A program made the translations under genes and the position numbers. A stretch of 35,540 nucleotides of DNA, the filler included, from an uncultured bacterium (GTDB taxonomy: Bacteria > CAYJRR01): the NCBI GenBank assembly GCA_964372275.1. It is 11 parts of 11 records of this genome, joined end to end, with 100 filler letters (N's around TTAATTAATTAA, not from the genome) between each part and the next. Parts side by side here need not be neighbours in the genome. Positions count along the whole stretch, not along the records: positions 29,922 to 32,772 come from CAYJRR010000222.1; positions 32,873 to 35,540 come from CAYJRR010000224.1; 9 more parts are not named here. One strand, given 5' to 3'. Under the pieces are notes generated by a model that worked only from the letters and a program-made list of their open reading frames with translations, searched no databases and was not told where the DNA came from. Numbering within the stretch: position 1 is the first letter of the stretch; every line of letters starts with the position of its first letter. This document shows, piece by piece, positions 29,922 to 35,540 of the stretch.

Positions 29922-30620
29922 GGCAGGCCCGGTGCCGGCGGAAGGCCCGAGACCGGCGCCAGACCCGACCGCGGCGAAGGCCTCGCCCGGCGTTCGATCC
30001 TCGCGATCACGGTGACGGCCGCGCCCGCCGCGCCGGCGCCGGCGACGCCCCCCCCGCGGCGAAACGCCGGTGGCCGCCCCTCCCCCGGCCGCGGTACCCG
30101 TCCCGCCGGCGGGTCCGGACGAGAACGTCGGACCTGACGCCGGCAGTGGACCTGCCGCCGGCATCGGGCCTGCCGCCGGCATCGGGCCTGCCGCCGGCAT
30201 CGGGCCTGCCGCCGGCATCGGGCCGGCCGCCGGCGTCGACGCGGCGGTCGGGCCGTCGCCGAACGACGGCACCGGCGTTCCCGCCTTCGGCGTGTCGAAC
30301 TCCTTCGCCGCCGGCACCGGGCCTGCCTCGGGCACCGGGCCGCCGACGAGGCGGTCGAGCGCCGCCAGCAAGGTCAGGGACGAGGCGACCTTCCGCCTGC
30401 GTTCGGGCAGAGGCTCGTCGTCGAACCGGAGGAACAACACCTTCAGCTCGCGCAACAGCTCCGACTTCGCCACGTCCCGCTCGGCGCTCAACCCCTCGTT
30501 GATCAGGGCCGCGAGCGTCTTGTCGAGCCCTTGCACCGTGTGCAACGCGGCGAAGTCGTTCTTGGCGGCGAAGTCGAGCGGCTTGCGGATCCGGGCCAGG
30601 ATCTCGGGGAGGTTCGACAA
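29922..30620 (-). CDS. recG: Probable RecG helicase N-terminus followed by a long disordered insert
   Basis: PLDFAAKNDFAALHTVQGLD resembles deltaproteobacterial RecG N-termini (from memory); helicase core is not in the contig. Confidence 0.55.
30133..30240. repeat. 18-bp tandem repeat: four perfect copies (30151-30222) plus degenerate flanks, encoding PMPAAG
   Basis: (CCTGCCGCCGGCATCGGG)x4. Confidence 0.95.
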
Positions 30621-30625
30621 GGCGA

Positions 30626-31117
30626 CTATCCCCCGCTCGGATGCTCGAAGGTGATGTTCAGGATCTCGAACTCGCGGATCCCCTTGGGCGCGTTGACCTC
30701 CGCCACGTCCTTTCGCCGCTTCCCGATGAACGCCTTGGCGATCGGACTCTTGTAGGAGATCTTCCGCTGCCTCGGATCGGCCTCGTCCTCGCCGACGATG
30801 CGATAGGCGACGCGCTCGGTCGTCTCCAGGTCGACGGCGACGACGGTGCACCCGAACGTCACCTTCTCCGTTCCGCCGAGCGAACCGTCGATCACCTCGG
30901 CGTTGGCCAGCTTGTCGTCAATCTCTCGGATCCGCGCCTCGATGAACCCCTGCTTCTCGCGCGCGGCGTGGTACTCGGCGTTCTCGCTCAGGTCCCCGAG
31001 CGCCGCCGCGGCGCCGATCTCGGCCGAGATCTTGGGCCGCTCCGTCGTCTTCAGGCGCCGGAGTTCCTCCTGGAGGGCGGCGTACCCTTCCGGCGTCATC
31101 GGCTTCTTCTCGCTCAC
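30626..31117 (-). CDS. greA: Transcription elongation factor GreA
   Basis: [40 protein letters not shown] overlaps the carB stop. Confidence 0.95.
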   Translation of the reverse strand: MSEKKPMTPEGYAALQEELRRLKTTERPKISAEIGAAAALGDLSENAEYHAAREKQGFIEARIREIDDKLANAEVIDGSLGGTEKVTFGCTVVAVDLETTERVAYRIVGEDEADPRQRKISYKSPIAKAFIGKRRKDVAEVNAPKGIREFEILNITFEHPSGG

Positions 31118-32772
31118 GTCAACGCTCCCCGCACTCTCGAGCCGGCGGGACGACCCTCGGCCGCCACGGCCGGCTTCGCAATCTCGCCATGATAGTCCTG
31201 GAGCGATCGGACGCCGAGCATCCCGATGCGCAGCGCGTCGATCGCCCGCACCGCCGCCCGCGCCGCCGCCACCGTGGTGTAGTAGGGAATGCCGTACTGC
31301 ACCGTCGCGCGCCGGAGACGCGAGCTGTCGGAGGCGGCTTTGGCCCCCTTCGGAGTGTTGATCACCAGCGCCACCTGGCCGTCGACGATCCGGTCGACGA
31401 TGTTGGGCCGCCCGTCCGAATACTTCGCCACCGGACCGGCCGGTACCCCCCGCTCGCGGAGATAGCTCCGCGTCCCCTCGGTGGCGATCACCACGAAGCC
31501 GAGCTCCGTCAGCTTCTTCGCCAAGGGGAGGATCTGCGGCTTGTCGCGATCGCGAACCGAGACGAAGACCGTCCCGCCCGACGTCGGCAGCGGCATTCCG
31601 GCCGCGAACTGGCTCTTGGCGAAGGCGCGGCCGAACTCGGCGTCGATCCCCATCACTTCGCCGGTCGACTTCATCTCCGGTCCCAGCACCGGATCGACCC
31701 CCGGGAACTTGTTGAAGGGGAAGACCGACTCCTTGACCGAGAGGTGCTGCGGCTTCAGCGCGGGGTGGGAGGCGGTGATCCCCAGGTCGGCGAGCCGTTT
31801 CCCGACCATCACCTGCGCCGCGATCTTGGCCAACGGAAGACCGATCGCCTTGGAGACGAACGGAACCGAGCGCGACGCCCGCGGATTGACCTCCAGGACG
31901 AAGACCTCCGCCGGCGTCTCGCCCCGCGCCCCGCCCGCGGCCCGGCCCACGCCGGCCTTCACGGCGAACTGGACGTTCATCAGGCCGACGACGCCGAGCG
32001 CCTTGCCGATCTCGACCGCCTGCCGCTTGATCTCCTCGACCACCGCCGGCTCGAGCGAGTGCGGCGGCAAGGTGCAGGCGCTGTCCCCGGAGTGGACCCC
32101 CGCCTCCTGGATCTGCTCCATCACCCCCGCGACGACGACCTCGCGCCCATCGCAAAGGGCGTCGACGTCCACCTCGATCGCATCTTCCAGGAATCCGTCG
32201 ATGAGGATCGGTCGCTCGGCGGAGGCCGCCGCCGTCGACACGGTGCCGGTTCCGGAGACCTCCATCGCGTGCTCGAGGTGCGCCTCCAGCGACTCCGGAT
32301 CGTAAACGACCTTCATCGCGCGGCCGCCGAGCACGTAGCTCGGCCGCACCAGCACCGGATAGCCGATCTCCGCTGCGACCTTGAGCGCCTCCTCGCGCGT
32401 CCGCGCGATGCCGGACGGCGGCTGCTTCACGCCGAGGCGGTCGACGAGGGTCTTGAACCGCTCGCGGTCCTCCGCCAGGTCGATCGCGTCGGGCTGCGTG
32501 CCGAGGATCTTGATCCCGTGGGCCGAAAGCGCGCCCGCGAGCTTCAGCGGCGTCTGCCCGCCGAACTGCACGATCACCCCGTCGGGCTTCTCGTTCTCCA
32601 GGATCGCCAGCACGTCCTCGGCCGAAAGCGGCTCGAAGTAGAGCCGGTCGGAGGTCGACCAGTCGGTGGAGACGGTCTCCGGGTTGCAATTGACCATGAT
32701 CGTCTCGTACCCCTCGGCCTTGAGGGCGAACGAGGCGTGGACGCAGCAGTAGTCGAACTCGATCCCCTGTCC
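31114..32772 (-). CDS. carB: Carbamoyl-phosphate synthase large subunit, 3' half
   Basis: [60 protein letters not shown] domain. Confidence 0.97.
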   Translation of the reverse strand, partial: GQGIEFDYCCVHASFALKAEGYETIMVNCNPETVSTDWSTSDRLYFEPLSAEDVLAILENEKPDGVIVQFGGQTPLKLAGALSAHGIKILGTQPDAIDLAEDRERFKTLVDRLGVKQPPSGIARTREEALKVAAEIGYPVLVRPSYVLGGRAMKVVYDPESLEAHLEHAMEVSGTGTVSTAAASAERPILIDGFLEDAIEVDVDALCDGREVVVAGVMEQIQEAGVHSGDSACTLPPHSLEPAVVEEIKRQAVEIGKALGVVGLMNVQFAVKAGVGRAAGGARGETPAEVFVLEVNPRASRSVPFVSKAIGLPLAKIAAQVMVGKRLADLGITASHPALKPQHLSVKESVFPFNKFPGVDPVLGPEMKSTGEVMGIDAEFGRAFAKSQFAAGMPLPTSGGTVFVSVRDRDKPQILPLAKKLTELGFVVIATEGTRSYLRERGVPAGPVAKYSDGRPNIVDRIVDGQVALVINTPKGAKAASDSSRLRRATVQYGIPYYTTVAAARAAVRAIDALRIGMLGVRSLQDYHGEIAKPAVAAEGRPAGSRVRGALT

Positions 32773-32872
32773 NNNNNNNNNNNNNNNNNNNNNNNNNNNN
32801 NNNNNNNNNNNNNNNNTTAATTAATTAANNNNNNNNNNNNNNNNNNNNNNNNNNNNNNNNNNNNNNNNNNNN

Positions 32873-32972
32873 TGGGCCAGCGGTCCCCTTTCGACCGCCG
32901 GATCGCGGCCGGCACCAGCAGGATCGCGGCCACGGTGACGACCACCACCAGCTGCACCCCTTCGCGGTCCAC
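32873..32972 (-). CDS. Hypothetical membrane protein, N-terminal fragment
   Basis: GGAGG RBS; MDREGVQLVVVVTVAAILLVPAAIRR. Confidence 0.5.
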
Positions 32973-33009
32973 GAGCCTCCGACCCTCCCGAGCTTCTCGA
33001 CGCCGGCCG

Positions 33010-33870
33010 TCAGATCCTCGGCGGGTCCGGCGATTCGCTGACGCCGACGGCCCACGCCGCCAGGCTTCCCACCGGCGAGAGATTGGCGCCGCGCAGGCGC
33101 GCCCGGAAGGCTTCGACCTCCGGGTGGTCGTGAAGCGGCTCGGCGGCGATCCGTTCCACCGCCGCCGTCTCGGCCGACCCCATCTGCTCCAGGGCCCAGA
33201 CGCGCAGCGATCGCGCGACGAGCTGGATCGTCGGCGCCTCGAGACCCAGCGCCAACGCCTCGCCGAGCGCCTCGGCCGCCCCGGCGTACTCGCCGCGCAG
33301 GAAGAGGGCCAACCCCAGCTGGTAACGCGGCACCGACCACCGCGCGCCGAGCGCCAGCGATCGGCCGAGCGCCTCGATCGCCTCGATGGGACGCCCGAGA
33401 TTGAGGAGGGCCGCCCCGGCGCCGCTGTGCCCGATCCAGCTCTGCGGCTTGCGGGCGATCGCCTCGCGGTAGGACTCGAGAGACTCCTCGAACCGCCCGG
33501 CCTCGGCGAGCAGCAGGCCGCGAAGGGTGAACGGGGAGAAGGCGTCGGGCCGGCGAGCGATCGCGATCTCGGCGTAGGCGAGCGCGCTGGTTCGATCGCC
33601 GACTTCGAGTCGCCCGAGCGCGGCGCGGTATTCGCTCGGCTCCAACAGCGTCGAAAGTCGCCCGAGGACTCCCAGGTAGGTCAGGAATCCCGCGGCGAGC
33701 ATCCCCACACCGAGCGGCACCGCGGCCCACCACGACAACCTTCCGGAACCGGCGAGGAATCCGACCTGCGCGGCGAGCAGCGCCGGCACCACCAGGGCGG
33801 CGATCGCCGCGGCCCTCCTTCGCACGCTCGACCGCGAGCGGATCCGGTAGAGGGCGGGGGGAAGGCTCAA
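33010..33870 (-). CDS. Membrane-anchored TPR protein (start approximate)
   Basis: Two TM segments then TPR-like RGLLLAEAGRFEESLESYREAIARKP and GAALLNLGRPIEAIEALGRSL. Confidence 0.75.
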   Translation of the reverse strand: MSLPPALYRIRSRSSVRRRAAAIAALVVPALLAAQVGFLAGSGRLSWWAAVPLGVGMLAAGFLTYLGVLGRLSTLLEPSEYRAALGRLEVGDRTSALAYAEIAIARRPDAFSPFTLRGLLLAEAGRFEESLESYREAIARKPQSWIGHSGAGAALLNLGRPIEAIEALGRSLALGARWSVPRYQLGLALFLRGEYAGAAEALGEALALGLEAPTIQLVARSLRVWALEQMGSAETAAVERIAAEPLHDHPEVEAFRARLRGANLSPVGSLAAWAVGVSESPDPPRI

Positions 33871-33949
33871 GACGATTCGCCCTCCGGGTTGACCTGGGGA
33901 CTCCCCATGACCCCTGCACCATAAACCAGCGCCTATAATCCCCGCCATC

Positions 33950-34957
33950 ATGGCGACCAGCAGACGCATCCTGAGCGGGATCCAACCGACGGGTCTGATG
34001 CACGTCGGGAACTACTTTGGCGCGGTGAAGAACTGGGTCGCGCTGCAGGAGATCGCCGGATCCGAGTGCCTCTACTGCGTCGTCGACTACCATTCGACGA
34101 CCGTCGACTACGAGCCGGCCGATCTCCGCCGCCGCACGCTGGAGCTGGTTCTCGACCTGCTCGCCTGCGGGATCGACCCCGCGCGCAGCTCGCTCTTCCT
34201 CCAATCGCAGGTTCCCGAGCACACCGAGCTCGCGTGGGTGCTCGCCTCGTCGACCGCCTACGGCGACCTCACCCGGATGACGCAGTTCAAGGACAAGGCG
34301 GAGGAGCAGAAGTTCGTCCGCGCCAGCCTGTTCACCTACCCGGTGCTGATGGCCGCCGACATCGTGGTCTACAAGGCGACCGACGTCCCGGTGGGGGAGG
34401 ACCAGAAGCAGCACCTGGAGCTCGCCCGCGAAATCGCCGGGAAGTTCAACGCGACCTTCGGCGAGACCTTTCCGCTTCCGAAGGACCTCTACACCACCGC
34501 GCCGCGGATCATGTCGCTCGCCGATCCGACGAAGAAGATGTCGAAGTCGGCCGGCGACCGCCACTTCGTCGGCGTCTTCGAGGACGAGGCCTCCGCGCGG
34601 AAGAAGATCCGCTCCGCGGTGACCGACGTCGGCGGCGCCCCCACCGCGGAGATGTCGCCGGGGGTGAAGAACCTGTTCACGATCCTCGCCCAGGTCGCGC
34701 CGGCGGAGGCGGTGAGGCCGCTGGAGGAGGCGCAGCGGGCCGGAACGCTCAAGTATTCGGCGCTCAAGGACGCCGTCGCCGACCACCTGCTTGCGGCGCT
34801 TCGACCCTTGCGGGAGCGCCGGGCGGGCCTGACCGAAGCCGACGCCATCGCCGCCCTCCAGCGTGGCGGCGCGCACGCGCGCGCGATCGCCCGGGAGACG
34901 ATGCGCGAGGTGCGCGACCGGATCGGGCTCTATCGCGTTCCCGGCGAACGCAGCTGA
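33950..34957 (+). CDS. trpS: Tryptophan--tRNA ligase
   Basis: LSGIQPTG, HVGNY, YPVLMAADI, VPVGEDQKQHLELAR, KMSKS. Confidence 0.97.
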   Translation: MATSRRILSGIQPTGLMHVGNYFGAVKNWVALQEIAGSECLYCVVDYHSTTVDYEPADLRRRTLELVLDLLACGIDPARSSLFLQSQVPEHTELAWVLASSTAYGDLTRMTQFKDKAEEQKFVRASLFTYPVLMAADIVVYKATDVPVGEDQKQHLELAREIAGKFNATFGETFPLPKDLYTTAPRIMSLADPTKKMSKSAGDRHFVGVFEDEASARKKIRSAVTDVGGAPTAEMSPGVKNLFTILAQVAPAEAVRPLEEAQRAGTLKYSALKDAVADHLLAALRPLRERRAGLTEADAIAALQRGGAHARAIARETMREVRDRIGLYRVPGERS

Positions 34958-35131
34958 GACGGCACGGCCTCCCCGCGCGCGTCCCATCGACCCCGAATTC
35001 CCCACCTCGACGCTCGCCGAACGGCGGACGCCCGGGCGGTGCGACCGGTCGATCGCATCGATATTTCTCGTTCATAAACAATCGGTTGCGATTCACGACC
35101 GGCGGTTGACCGGTCGGCCATCGCCGAGCGA

Positions 35132-35147
35132 TGGCACATCGAGTGCA
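35132..35147 (+). promoter_or_regulatory. Putative sigma54 promoter with upstream AT-rich, IHF-like patch
   Basis: TGGCACATCGAGTGCA; AAACAATCGGTTG at about 35076-35088. Confidence 0.55.
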
Positions 35148-35197
35148 GACGGACGCCGTCGCTGAATTCCGGATTCTGACGCGATGGAGGAGGACCG

Positions 35198-35540
35198 ATG
35201 AACGGCCGACGAAGCGCTTCTCTGTTCCTAGCCGTGGGATGCCTCGCATTCGCGATGGCGGACGCGCGCGCCGCGTGCGACGAGCCGCCCTCCGGTCCCC
35301 TCACCGTCGTGGCGCGCCTGCTCGGCTCCTGGATGCCGGGCCGTGAGCCGGCGCCGGCCGGGACCGCGGTGAACCTCCCCGACGTGCGGAGGCCGGACAC
35401 GACCGATCGGTACGACGCCGCCCCCCCCTCCGCGGCGCAGAAGCGCCATCCCTACGCCCCGGATCCGCTGATGAGCGGCGCATTCCCGCCGGCGGGTTCA
35501 CCGCGCGGCGGCGGCTCGACGGCGAATCGGGGCGCGAGTT
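35198..35540 (+). CDS. Secreted hypothetical protein, 5' fragment (absent from the ORF track)
   Basis: GGAGGAGGA RBS; MNGRRSASLFLAVGCLAFAMADARA signal peptide; open to the window end. Confidence 0.7.
   Translation, partial: MNGRRSASLFLAVGCLAFAMADARAACDEPPSGPLTVVARLLGSWMPGREPAPAGTAVNLPDVRRPDTTDRYDAAPPSAAQKRHPYAPDPLMSGAFPPAGSPRGGGSTANRGAS

Noticed and set aside
30626..32689. 687-aa ORF suggesting a GreA fusion
   Set aside because: The upstream part is an alternate frame of carB; greA starts at 31117
35158..35200. CGCTGAAT...GGAGGA resembling the 5' part of a c-di-AMP (ydaO) riboswitch
   Set aside because: Downstream conserved elements are absent; GGAGGA is explained as the RBS

Overview
This window is not one locus. 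It is 11 short, length-sorted contigs (about 2.7-3.7 kb, roughly 70% GC) joined by artificial 100-nt spacers (44 N + TTAATTAATTAA + 44 N), so gene adjacency is only meaningful within a contig. Gene content (MYXO-CTERM-like tails, a RecG-type N-terminus of the deltaproteobacterial kind, PilZ, a lipoprotein isoamylase) suggests a fragmented Myxococcota/deltaproteobacterial-type genome; this is an inference. Recognisable genes: atpD end/atpC, MltF-like transglycosylase, acyl-CoA dehydrogenase plus enoyl-CoA hydratase, DmpA-like peptidase, HD-GYP fragment, GH13 isoamylase plus a LamB-like porin, CPBP protease, msrB, der end, two MoxR loci, pnp, mreB, glgC plus GH57, recG/greA/carB, trpS and a degenerate tRNA-Asp. 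Most notable: (1) a secreted DUF4781-like protein with a hydrophobic hairpin and a probable ParB/Srx-like C-terminus behind a sigma54 promoter and IHF site, a candidate toxin; two other orphan secreted loci carry similar sigma54 promoters; (2) two convergent paralogous adhesin 3' ends forming an exact inverted mirror at both ends of contig 1; (3) an extracellular glycogen-scavenging module; (4) a heptamer-repeat hairpin element; (5) a mosaic, possibly chimeric contig 3.
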